From contig NC_134034.1 in the NCBI RefSeq assembly GCF_964204645.1, positions 5,988,914 through 6,052,913 on the forward strand: DNA of 64,000 bases. The letters are read 5' to 3'. The first letter of the stretch is position 1. The number at the start of each line of letters is the position of its first letter. Shown here one piece after another: positions 13,132-24,400 of the stretch. Both the position numbers and the translations under genes were made by a program. The DNA is from Tubulanus polymorphus. Lineage: Eukaryota; Animalia; Nemertea. The notes beneath the pieces were generated by a model. It saw only the letters and a program-made list of their open reading frames with translations, was not told the origin of the DNA and searched no databases.

Positions 13132-14545
13132 ATGGATGTAGAAGGTGGAGAAGATATTGGAATGGATCCTTTTGATGAACCTGGTATAAGTGATGAACAA
13201 CCACCTGATTTTGATGAAACAAGTTTTAATGACGGTAATGAGCCAGAATATAGTAATAATTTGAATATGCCTGATTATATTAAAAATGCCGAATCACAAT
13301 TAAATCCTGAAAATTGAAACCCAGATTTAGTAAAACAAGATTTAGATAATTTAAACAAAATACCCAAATAAGAACGTATAATTGAAAATTCTAAACTTAA
13401 TATAAATGATGAAGACGTTGGACTTTTAGCATATCAATTAAAATTTTTAGATAATGGTAAATGTTATTATCGTTTGAAAGGTGATTATTATATTGATATC
13501 ACTTCTAAAAATAATAAAAAAATATTAGCGGAATCAACTTCGAAAAGTTTAAAACCAGATAAAATTAAAATAATAAGTAATAGTAATGAAATAACTGATG
13601 TTACACAAAAAGAAATAGATGATAATATAGACGCATTTAAACAAAGATATAATGAATTATTTGAAATAATCAAAAAGAAATCAGACACAGAAACAACTTC
13701 TGAACCGAATATAACTTCCAAAACTAGTAAACTTAAATCAAATAAAGTTCCAATTGAAAAACTTTTACCGAATGGATTACTTGATGCAACAGATCAAGAA
13801 TTAGAAGATTTAGATATATTTTCTGATAAAGCAATTAGAGAAATTATTAGTATAAGACATGCATCTGATAAAATTGCGCATGATAAAAGTATAAGAGATT
13901 TTAAAATTCGAACTTTAGAAAAAGACAGAACTGATAAAATTAAAGAAATAGAACAATTAAAATTAGATAGAGATAATAAAGTTATTGAAGAAATTGAATT
14001 TAAAAAAAGAAATGCATATTTAGAAAAAGAAATTGATGATATAGAATATAACATAGAATTACAAAAAGAATAATATTAGAATAATATTAATAGATTAAAA
14101 GTTATTTTTAAAGATTTGTTAATAAAACCAAATTCTGAAATATCATTAAAAGATAGAATAAAATCATTATTTAAATTAGAAGGAATAACAATTCTTTCAA
14201 TTCTAACAGCTGTAACTATGTTATTTACAACAATTGGTTTAGCAATATCAAATGCATTAAAATCTACGCCTACACCCAATAAACCGGATAAACCCCCGAA
14301 TGATAATAATTCTATACAAGATAAAGTTAAGGATGGTTTTAAAAAATTAGCAAAATATTTATGGGAACTATCTAAAAAATCTGCTGCAGCTTTACCAGGA
14401 GTAATTGCATCATTGTTGGTTTTATATTGAAATGCAGGAAACATTATTAACTTTGCTGCTGAACATATTATTTTATTTTTAATTACAGTTGTAAGTGCTA
14501 TTATTTTTGGGTTAGTGAATATGATATCAAAAGGATATCAAGAAA
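13132..14545 (+). pseudogene. Large acidic/coiled-coil protein with C-terminal hydrophobic helices, disrupted
   Basis: Colinear with intact 476-aa ORF 61638-63068; 3' end approximate. Confidence 0.75.
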
Positions 14546-14586
14546 AAAATAATAAAAAATGAATAATTAATTTTTTTGTTAAATAA

Positions 14587-15829
14587 ATGAGTGGGAGTTA
14601 TATAAGTCCTTCTAAGAATTCTAGAATATCTAATGCTATTAAAGCAGAAAGATCACCTCATATAATTACTCATAACCCTTCTAATATTAATCCTGATGAA
14701 ACTTTATATGTTAGAATCCCTAGATTAACACAAAATACTTTTTATGTTCCAAATAGTATTTATTTATCAGCCGATATAAATTGGTCATGATAATAATTAT
14801 GTTGTTGATAATGTTAGGAGATATTTGATTAAAAAATTAACTATAAAGATTGGTCCAGAAACAGTTTTCTCATTAGATGATTATAATTTATTTATGCATT
14901 ATAAAGATTTATGGTTAACTAAAGAAAATAGAAATAATATGATATTTCAGGGTATTCAATCGGAAAACCATAATAAATTAAGATCAGGAGCTAATGACGC
15001 AATAGTAACTCGTGCCGCAGATAATTTGATTAAAAAGATTTATGGAAGCAAATATAAAATTCCATTAGAGTTTGAATTGATAAATAATAATGCACCTTTA
15101 TATAAATATGTAATTCAAGAAGATATTATATTTGAGATAACATTTGCTCCTGTAAATGAAATTGTATTATCTAGCGTTGTTAAAGATATGGGTTATAAAT
15201 TATCGAATATATGTTTAGAATATGATACAGTAACTAATGAAAATATTGCTAGCACAATTCAAACTCAATACAATCAAGGATTTTCATTATTATATGATTA
15301 TATTGATAAATTTAAAACTGTAACTATTAATGCAAATGATGAAATAATTAATGAAAATATTAACTTCCCAAGAAGATCTATTAAAGGTATATTAATATTT
15401 TTTACCATTGCAACGTATTCTAATGGAGCAATAAAGGTAGATAATTATTATAATCCTGAAATAACAAAAGTTGAAATAACTATCGAAGGAATAGCAAATA
15501 AAATATTTTGTCAAGGAATGAGAATGATTGATCAGTGGCCAGAAATTAGAAAACATTTTATGAATGAAAAAGTAAAATCATTTGAAAATTGTAATATTAA
15601 TCAAATTGATTATTTTACCGGCAATAAATATGCATTATGGTTAGATTTTAGAACAACAGAGGATAATTCATTACATGGTTCTGGGAAAAAACTACAAAAT
15701 ACTAAAGATGGAATACAATTATTCATGACAAAGAAAAAAGGAAGCCTAAATTTCAAAATGCACACTTATATTATATCTGACGCGCAATTAAATATTGTAA
15801 ATTCACAATTAGATAGTATTCAATATTAG
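14587..15829 (+). pseudogene. Major capsid protein (double jelly-roll type), frameshifted near 14780-14820
   Basis: ~410 codons, beta-rich, position before integrase/ATPase, highly conserved in P0/P2/P3. Confidence 0.8.
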
Positions 15830-15859
15830 AAATATAAAGTTAAAATTAAGGATATATAA

Positions 15860-16987
15860 ATGGGTGGTAAAAAAACTCCTAATACTAAAGAACAATATTT
15901 AAGAAATTTATATTACAACCCTGAGAGTTCGGTTGCTTATTCTTCTACCAAAAATATATGGAGTAAAGTAAAACAAGATAAATTAGATAAGATAATCCCA
16001 CAAAATTTAGTTAAATATAAAGATATAAATGAATTTATGTTAGAACAACCAACATATACAACACATAAAAAAATTATTAGAAAATATAAAACTCGTAAAA
16101 CTATGGTAAGTTATATAGATCAACAGTGGCAAGGAGATTTAATTGATATGAAAAATGTTAAGAAAGATAATGATGATTATTGGTGGTTATTGAATATAAT
16201 TGATATTTTTAGTCGTTATGTATGGAGTTTCCCACTTTATAGAAAAGATGCTGTACAAACATCAAATGTTTTAAGAAAATTTCTTTCGGATGATAAACTA
16301 AAACCAGAAAAAATACAATTTGATGATGGAAAAGAATTTGATAATTCACTTGTTCATGAACTCTTAGATAATCATAATATTAAATATTTTTCAACAAAAT
16401 CGGATAAAAAAGCAGCAGTTGTTGAACGATTTAATAGAACATTAAGAACAAGTGTGTGGAAATATTTTACAGCAAATAATACTTTTAAATGGATTGATGT
16501 TTTACCAAAATTGATAGAAGGATATAATAATTCTTATCATTCTTCTATTGGAATGAAACCTATCGATGCTAGAAAACCTGAAAATGCTGAAATTGTTTGG
16601 AATAATTTATATGGAGCATTTCTTGTAGATGATTTTGGTGAACCTATATTTAAAGTTGGTCAAAATGTTAGAATTTCTAAGTATAAAAAGATATTTGACA
16701 AAGGATACGATCGAAATTTTACTAGGGAAATATATAAAATAAAAAAGGTAATAACAACAAAACCATATGTCTATAAATTAGAAGATTTAGATGGTGAAGA
16801 AGTTGATGGCTACTTTTACGAAGAAGAATTAAGTTTAACTACTGAAAATCTAGAACAAGAATATAAAATTGAAAAAGTATTAAAAACAAAAACTATTAAA
16901 AGAAAAAAATATTCTTTAGTAAAATGGGTTGGATGGCCAGATAAATTTAATGAATGGATATTATCAAGTAAAATTAAAAATATATAA
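15860..16987 (+). CDS. Retroviral-like (rve) DDE integrase with C-terminal chromodomain
   Basis: QWQGDLIDM, IDIFSRY, QFDDGKEF, VERFNRTL, YNNSYHSSIGMKP; chromo YKIEKVL...LVKWVGWPDKFNEWI; intact ORF. Confidence 0.95.
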   Translation: MGGKKTPNTKEQYLRNLYYNPESSVAYSSTKNIWSKVKQDKLDKIIPQNLVKYKDINEFMLEQPTYTTHKKIIRKYKTRKTMVSYIDQQWQGDLIDMKNVKKDNDDYWWLLNIIDIFSRYVWSFPLYRKDAVQTSNVLRKFLSDDKLKPEKIQFDDGKEFDNSLVHELLDNHNIKYFSTKSDKKAAVVERFNRTLRTSVWKYFTANNTFKWIDVLPKLIEGYNNSYHSSIGMKPIDARKPENAEIVWNNLYGAFLVDDFGEPIFKVGQNVRISKYKKIFDKGYDRNFTREIYKIKKVITTKPYVYKLEDLDGEEVDGYFYEEELSLTTENLEQEYKIEKVLKTKTIKRKKYSLVKWVGWPDKFNEWILSSKIKNI

Positions 16988-17596
16988 ATGAATAAAGAAT
17001 TATTTATATTTGAGCCTCATAATATGTTAATTTCTGGCGTAACAAATTGTGGAAAAACTTATTTTATATTAAATTTATTAGAAACTGTTTATGAAAACTA
17101 TTTTGATAATATAGTATTATTTTGTCCAACATATGAATTTAATCAAACTTATGATAGAAATATTACTAAAAATAATAAATTTATTATATTAGATCCTAAA
17201 ACAGTAAAAGAAAATTTAGATATTTGTATAAAAATAGCAATTGATATTTATAAAGGATCAAATACATTATTTATCATAGATGATTGCGCAAATTTACATG
17301 ATTCAAAAGTTAGAGAAAGTGAGTTATGCTATTTAGCTTTTTCTGGTAGACATTTTGGGATAACAACTTGGGTTTTAAATCAAAAATATAATTCAATTGT
17401 TAAAGACTTTAGGGAGAATATAAGATTTCTAGTTTTATTCTACAATCAAGATAGAAAATCGATGAAAAATGCACTTGAGGAAAATGATATTATTCCACAT
17501 GATTTACATAATGAATATATGGATAAGTTGAAAAATATTAAAAGATCAAAATTACTGTTTAGATTACAACACCCATTTAAATATGAATTTATTTAA
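16988..17596 (+). CDS. A32/FtsK-like genome packaging ATPase
   Basis: Walker A GVTNCGKT, Walker B FIIDD, GRH and Q..R.N motifs; intact. Confidence 0.92.
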   Translation: MNKELFIFEPHNMLISGVTNCGKTYFILNLLETVYENYFDNIVLFCPTYEFNQTYDRNITKNNKFIILDPKTVKENLDICIKIAIDIYKGSNTLFIIDDCANLHDSKVRESELCYLAFSGRHFGITTWVLNQKYNSIVKDFRENIRFLVLFYNQDRKSMKNALEENDIIPHDLHNEYMDKLKNIKRSKLLFRLQHPFKYEFI

Positions 17597-17599
17597 ATT

Positions 17600-17868
17600 C
17601 AACTAGCTTGTTAATCTAGTTGAATTCTAGTTACATTCTAGTTGAATTCTAGTTATTGGTATTGGAACAAAAATCAACTAGATTTAACAATATTTTAACT
17701 AGCTTGTTAATCTAGTTTAATTCTAGTTACATTCTAGTTGAATTCTAGTTGTTAGTAGTTGGAACAAAAATCAACTAGATTTAACAAGAAATAAACAAAA
17801 ACAACAATATTTCAACTAGCTTGTTAATCTAGTTGAATTCTAGTTACATTCTAGTTGAATTCTAGTTG
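17600..17868. repeat. Three ~55-bp units of CTAG/GAATTC-rich non-coding repeat
   Basis: aactagcttgttaatctagttgaattctagttacattctagttgaattctagtt at ~17602, ~17697, ~17814. Confidence 0.85.
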
Positions 17869-17900
17869 CAACAACACAATTAATTTTTTTTGTTATATAA

Positions 17901-18488
17901 ATGGGAGGTGAAAAGAAAATAAAATCTAAAAATGGTGATGTTCCAATTGAAAAAACTTTAGATGATTTAGGAATAACAGAAAACAAATTAATTCCAGATG
18001 ATGGTGCTTTAAATAATGTTACAACAAATAATAATTATGAATATTATCTTTATTGTAAACATCAATTAGAAATATTAATAGCATCTGGAAAATGTAAAAA
18101 TTTTGTCGGTAAAAATTTAACTTATAATGAACTAGATTCAATGAAATCAGATGAAATTATTAGATTATTTAAGATTTATGAAGCCGCGAGAACAGCTAGA
18201 ATTAATGACGCGATATCAGAAAATGTAGTAAAAGGTTATAGTAAATTATGTAATTATACACTACCAATTGATGATGAAAATAGATTATATTCCGATTTAA
18301 AAAATGACTATTTAGTTATGACTGAATTAAATAAATGGATTGGATATTCATCATTTCAATTAGGCGGATTTATGACATTATTATCAACTGGGGTTATAAC
18401 ATTTTCAAATATTGAAAGTAAAAATATTTCTATAATAAATGAGCGAGGTGAAAGAAGTGAAGGAATTAACTGTGAAGAAAAAACCTAG
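17901..18488 (+). CDS. Conserved hypothetical Polinton protein (gene X)
   Basis: 195 aa; homolog at 41853-42455 in P2. Confidence 0.8.
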   Translation: MGGEKKIKSKNGDVPIEKTLDDLGITENKLIPDDGALNNVTTNNNYEYYLYCKHQLEILIASGKCKNFVGKNLTYNELDSMKSDEIIRLFKIYEAARTARINDAISENVVKGYSKLCNYTLPIDDENRLYSDLKNDYLVMTELNKWIGYSSFQLGGFMTLLSTGVITFSNIESKNISIINERGERSEGINCEEKT

Positions 18489-18773
18489 ATCACAGAAACA
18501 AATTGAATGGTCTCGGCAATTAGGAATTAAATCACAAGAATATAAAAAGCTGTAAAAGAAAAAATAAGTAATAAAAATGTTAATAAAAATAGTGAAAATA
18601 TTGTTATTTCTACTCCTTCTAATGATAGAATATTTGATAAATGTCTATATTTTACAGTTGGATTTGTAATTGTATTCATTTTGATTGGGTGTAATTGGTA
18701 TAAGAAATCAAATAAAATTCATGATATTAATAATTCTGAAACAACTGCTATCAAAAATGAAAATAATTCTTAA
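18439..18773 (+). pseudogene. Small basic protein with TM segment (gene Y), frameshifted
   Basis: TAAATG start; KKPRSQKQIEWSRQLG matches KKARSEKQIKWARELG in P2 (41860, minus). Confidence 0.6.
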
Positions 18774-18996
18774 ATTCCAAAATTGACAATAAAAAAATGG
18801 ATTAATATTTTAGAAAAAAAGGCAAAAAAAATAATTTTTTTTAATCAATTGAATATTAATTGAATATCTCACTACTTTTGTCTATCACTGTGTGGGTGCC
18901 GTTTATGGCACCATCTACGCGGAGCAATTAAATTGTCCAGATAAGTCATTTCGGATTCTAGATATTCATTATTTTTATTAATTTATTTTTTTAAAT

Positions 18997-19326
18997 TTAA
19001 TCAACAATTTCTAAATCATGATGTCCATCTTCATTTTTTCCATGATATAATATTATTTTAAATCCTTCTAAATCTTTTAATTCCTCTGTCCTCAATGAAA
19101 CCCATTTATCAGGTAAAAATACTTTAAATTCTCGCGATGTACTAACCTTACAGTAGCTTAAATTAGCTGATACTTTCTCTCCATATTTAGTTTTTATCTT
19201 TTCTAATTTCAATATTTTATGTTCAATTTCTTTTGTAACATCAACTAACTTTTTTATTTCAAATTGTTTTTTTGCTGGTTTTATTCTGTTATTTATTGTT
19301 GCTAAGAATGCTTTTCTATCTCCCAT
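18997..19326 (-). CDS. Small protein, possibly OB-fold ssDNA-binding
   Basis: KKL..., TKYGEKV, FKVFLPDK pattern shared with 57602-57943; fold is inference. Confidence 0.55.
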   Translation of the reverse strand: MGDRKAFLATINNRIKPAKKQFEIKKLVDVTKEIEHKILKLEKIKTKYGEKVSANLSYCKVSTSREFKVFLPDKWVSLRTEELKDLEGFKIILYHGKNEDGHHDLEIVD

Positions 19327-19348
19327 TTATTAGGAAAAAGAATTACTC

Positions 19349-19949
19349 GTGGTGATGAGCGGGGATTACTTCCCCTTGTATATAACAAACACCCTATTAA
19401 CCGTTGTCACCCAAGCCTCACAGCATCTATTTATCCGGGTACAGTTAACACACGCGCAGCTGTTGTTACGCGCACTCACTGTTTATGTGTGTCACAATTT
19501 TACTGCGTAATATTTCTAAAATTTCAATTGTATCTTTTATTTCTAGTGAATCAATATAATTTCTAACATTTTCCATGTAAGGTTTATTTGATTTATCAAT
19601 GTATTTTTTACAATATGGACAATGATATTGATTTTCATTAACATCAATTTGTTCTGTCTTATTCTCTTCCATTTATACGGAAACAAAATTATTTGTGGTG
19701 ATGAGTGGGGATTACTTCCCCTTGTATATAACAAGCACGCTATTAACCGTTCTCACCAAAGCCTCACAGCATCTATTTATCTGGGTACAGTTGACACGCA
19801 ATCACTGTACTACAGTAATAGCACACGCGTTAATAACCGTTCTCAGTAGAGACTCACTGTATCGGTCTATCCACGCGCAGCTGTTGTTACGCGCACTCAC
19901 TGTATATGTGTGTCACAGAGCAATCGTCCGTTCTCACTAGAGCCTAGCT
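19349..19949. repeat. Subterminal direct repeats enclosing a deleted inverted copy of the polB 5' end (ORF 19466-19672)
   Basis: ~19349-19497 repeats ~19695-19917; the ORF matches the P1 PolB N-terminus. Confidence 0.8.
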
Positions 19950-20009
19950 GTGATGAGTGGTGTCTCGCCCTCTCGCCCTCTGGTATGAAACCCACATCTT
20001 CCAATTACT
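19950..20009 (-). repeat. P1 right terminal inverted repeat
   Basis: Reverse complement of 2899-2958, followed by TSD TTTATT. Confidence 0.95.
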
Positions 20010-20334
20010 TTTATTTAATTTCAATTGTTCTAATTCTTCATTTGCTTCAGATAATTCTTTTTCTACAGTGATACTTTTAGAAAATCTCATCTTAATATGA
20101 GCAAATTCAAGTTTCAGTATTATCTAAAACACTAATTATCTCTTCTTCTAAATCGGCTATTTTTTCAATTTGTTTTTCTTATACTAATTGTCATTCACTT
20201 GAATCACTACTTATTTATTGAATAACTTATTTCGATGTTTTTGGTTTTGAAGATCTTAATTCATCTTATTTATCTGCAAACTCTTCCATTTCTGGATCAA
20301 CAAAAGTAGGATTTAGATTTGGATTTTTAAATGG
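20010..20334 (-). pseudogene. Old Polinton fragment P0, part 2: middle of coiled-coil gene
   Basis: Joins 2898 across the TSD to give EELEQLKLNKDLQVIDE, matching P2 EELKQLELNKNLQVIEE. Confidence 0.85.
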
Positions 20335-21147
<813 letters not shown>

Positions 21148-21245
21148 TGCTGATTTCTAATTCCGACCAACGAATGAGTTACGCATCAAATTCGGTTTTC
21201 TTTCCGAATGATTGCTTCACTGTTTATACAACACATAACCGATAT

Positions 21246-21465
21246 TATTTCGAGAGCAGAGAACAGATGTTGCCTATGGATCGCTTATAAACCTTCTTCG
21301 AGGCTTCAACATCAACGACACGAATTAATCCATCTTTTCATGGATAGACTGATTTGATTTCTCCCAATTTCCACTGCCGCCTTGGAAGACCTTTATCGAT
21401 AACTAACGCAATATCTCCGTTCGCAATGTTCTGATTCGAAGACAACCATTTTTTGCCAATGGCCA
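21246..21465 (-). mobile_element. BEL/Pao LTR retrotransposon 3' fragment (post-integrase domain)
   Basis: KW....NIANGDIALVIDKGLPRRQWKLGEI..VYP.KDGLIRVVDV...YKRSI. Confidence 0.8.
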
Positions 21466-21469
21466 AAAG

Positions 21470-24400
21470 AGAATGGGAAACGTGCTCCCTACTCCAGTAA
21501 ATAAATCGAGATTAAATTATCGTAACAAACTGAACTCATGTACACTATTACTACAACATGTCGACAGCCCCCGGACTTATACCAAAGGCCGGAAAAGCTA
21601 ACCGCAAGGTCCCTAGTCGCCCGAGCCGGGAACGAAGGGAACTTGAGACGGCTCAACGGAAGGGCCGGACATGAGCCAGCGCTTCTCTTGAGCGAGGAGC
21701 ATGGGGCCCAACGCAGTCAAAGAACCCAACTCCCCCGACACATCACATAAGTAGAAGGACGCAAAGGTAGACGGGGAGGACCAAAAAGCTGCCCTACAAA
21801 CCTGGTCTAAAGAACCACCAGAGAAAACCGCCCACGAAGTGGCCATTGACCGAACCTGGTGAGACACTACTCTCGCGGAATCGGGCACCCCTTCTGGGTT
21901 GAGCGCCTCCTTGATGAGCAAGACTATCCAGCGGGCCACCTTGGCCCTGGAAATATCAGACTCCGACTTCTCCGAAAGGGGGAGAAAAAGTCTTTCTCTG
22001 GACTTACACCTGGGCTCGGTGCGGGACAGGAACATCCTCAAAGCCCTGACTTGGCACCAGGCCGAGTCCTGCAAGTCAACGGAAACTCCCTAACTCAGCG
22101 CCTCAATTCTCCACTCCCTGCCCGCAGAGGATGGCTTCTGGTTTTTCGCCGGGATCGACAATCCCGGGCGAGGCAAAACAAACTGGTCAAGGGGGCCAAA
22201 AACAATATGACCCGCCCGAGCCGACAAGGCATGAAGCTCCGACCTGCGCGCCGCCAAACACAGTAAAAACACGGTCTTCTTTGTCAGACGTGAAAACGAC
22301 AGAGAAGCTAAAGGCTCGTACGGAGCCGAAGTCAGATCCTTCAAAACGACCGTCAAATCCCATGGGAGAAGATCCTGGATCACCCTCGGACGAGAAATGG
22401 AAAATCACGCAATCAGCTGTGAAATACGAGGATCTGCCATGACTGACGGAAGGCACGCCGAGTGATGGGTATGGGAGATCGCCGACCCATAGCCTTTCAC
22501 TGTACAGACTTTAAAACCTTTATCCTTGAATAGAAAAAGGAAAAAATCGGCTACATCTGCTACAGAGGGTGAGTGAGGATCCACCTGTCTCTCACGGCAC
22601 CAATTACTGAAGAGTTCCCACTTGGAGTCGTTAACGAGACCTGTCGAGGGTCGTGTCGAAGCGACGATAGATGAGGCAACGTTTGCCGAAAAACCTTCAC
22701 TCTGGAGACTACGCTGGACAGCGGCCACGCGTGAAGTTTGAACCAATGAACAGAACTTACCTGTCCAACAGAACTTACCTGTACCGACCAAAAACTAGCG
22801 GAACGCTGTGTTCCACTGGTCAAGCCGAGAACTGCCGATTTGAGTTTCTCTATTCGGCTGTCCGCCGGCCGGACGATCCCTCGAACGAGATCGAAAAACA
22901 TTCCGAGATAAAGGAATTTCTCCGATGGGGCAAGCTGGGACTTTTCCCCATTTACGAGGAAACCTAATTCCCGATTCGGGGAACGAGATCGACATTCTCC
23001 CTCCGAATTGCCTACCACCAACCAATCGTCTAGGTATACAAAAAGACGAATACCTTTCCTTTGTAGCCTTTTCTGGACCCCCTTTACGACCTTGGTACAT
23101 ACCCAAGTGGCTGCACTCAGGCCGAAGGGGAGCGACGTGAACTGATAGTGGATGCCTTTCCACTTTACGCGGAGATACCGATGAGACTTCGGATGCACCG
23201 GCACTTGAAAATAAGTGTATTTCATTCGATAGAAGCAGCCCATTGCCTGGGTTTCATGCCTTGAATGACTTCTTTGGGGGTCATCATTTTGAATTTTGGG
23301 CAGTCGAGAAACTTGTTTAGGAAAGAGAGAGGTCTTATCACCGTCCGAAGACCGCCGGATGCCTTGGAACGGTGAAGATCCTGGAATACCAACCCCAAGA
23401 GGGATGATCCCGAACGCGACGCAGGGCTCCTTTATCGATTGGCTCCTGGATCGCCGGGATAATGTGCTGCTCCTGACCTTTCTTGGGTCGCATGTCCGGA
23501 GGGGACCTTCCCCAGGGAGGTTTCTTGCGAAACTGAAACCGGTTCCCGGCCGAGACGGTTCGTGTCAGCCAGGTATCGCCAATGAGCTCGTACCAGCGGA
23601 AAGCACAGCTTCTTAGGCATGCTCCCACTGGTACGGAGCCTTCATTGCGTTTGATTAGTCTGCCTCCGAAAGGGATTGACCTTTTTTGGACCTTTACCCT
23701 TAGCAGAGAACTTCCTGCCCGACTTCTGATTCGAAATTAAGGCATTAGAACCATTCGCAGACCAGCCGGCCTGCCGATACTGGGCCGAGCGGTTAGCACC
23801 GTCCTGTACTGCAACCAAAGCTGATTTCCCGGACGAAGACGCCGTAGGCTTGGCCGCGTCCTTTTTCTTAGGAATAAGCCATGGGGCCGTCTTATGCTGC
23901 GAATCCTTCAGCCTTTGAGCTTGTTGAGCTGTCGGCCAACACCAACCCGAAAACAAACGACTTGACAGCCCCAACAGGGCCCTATACAAGTTTTGTTTAA
24001 TCGCATCTGAGAGTTTGGCATCTTTTAACAAGAAGTGCCGAGCTATCAGGGCCAGATTAGCCTGTAACCTGAATGCCACTGGCACTTGATGGCAAATCGC
24101 TCTTGCTGATGACTGTAGGAGTCTGTCAATCGTAGTGACCCATCCGAAACCATATCCAAATCTGGCGCCGACGAAGCCAATAGGGATTTTATCGCGACCA
24201 GTTCCCCGTGCATCGCGAACAGAGCAATGTCTTGAAGGAACCGATTTGGCAAATGCTTTCGCTTAAGGACTGCATAGCCTCCATTGCCTGTTTAGGCGTG
24301 GCATACGTGCTAGGTTGAGCCGTGAAAATGCCCAACGTACCCAAATCCCACATCGGCATCGGCATCGATAGCCGTGGTTGGCTTAAATGACGAACCTGGA

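Larger units (their letters stand above)
2899..20009 (+). mobile_element. Polinton/Maverick (adintovirus-like) element P1, complete TIR to TIR, 17.1 kb
   Basis: 60-bp TIRs starting AGTAAT (2899-2958 / 19950-20009); 6-bp TSD TTTATT at 2893-2898 and 20010-20015; pPolB, penton, capsid, rve integrase, packaging ATPase. Confidence 0.97.
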
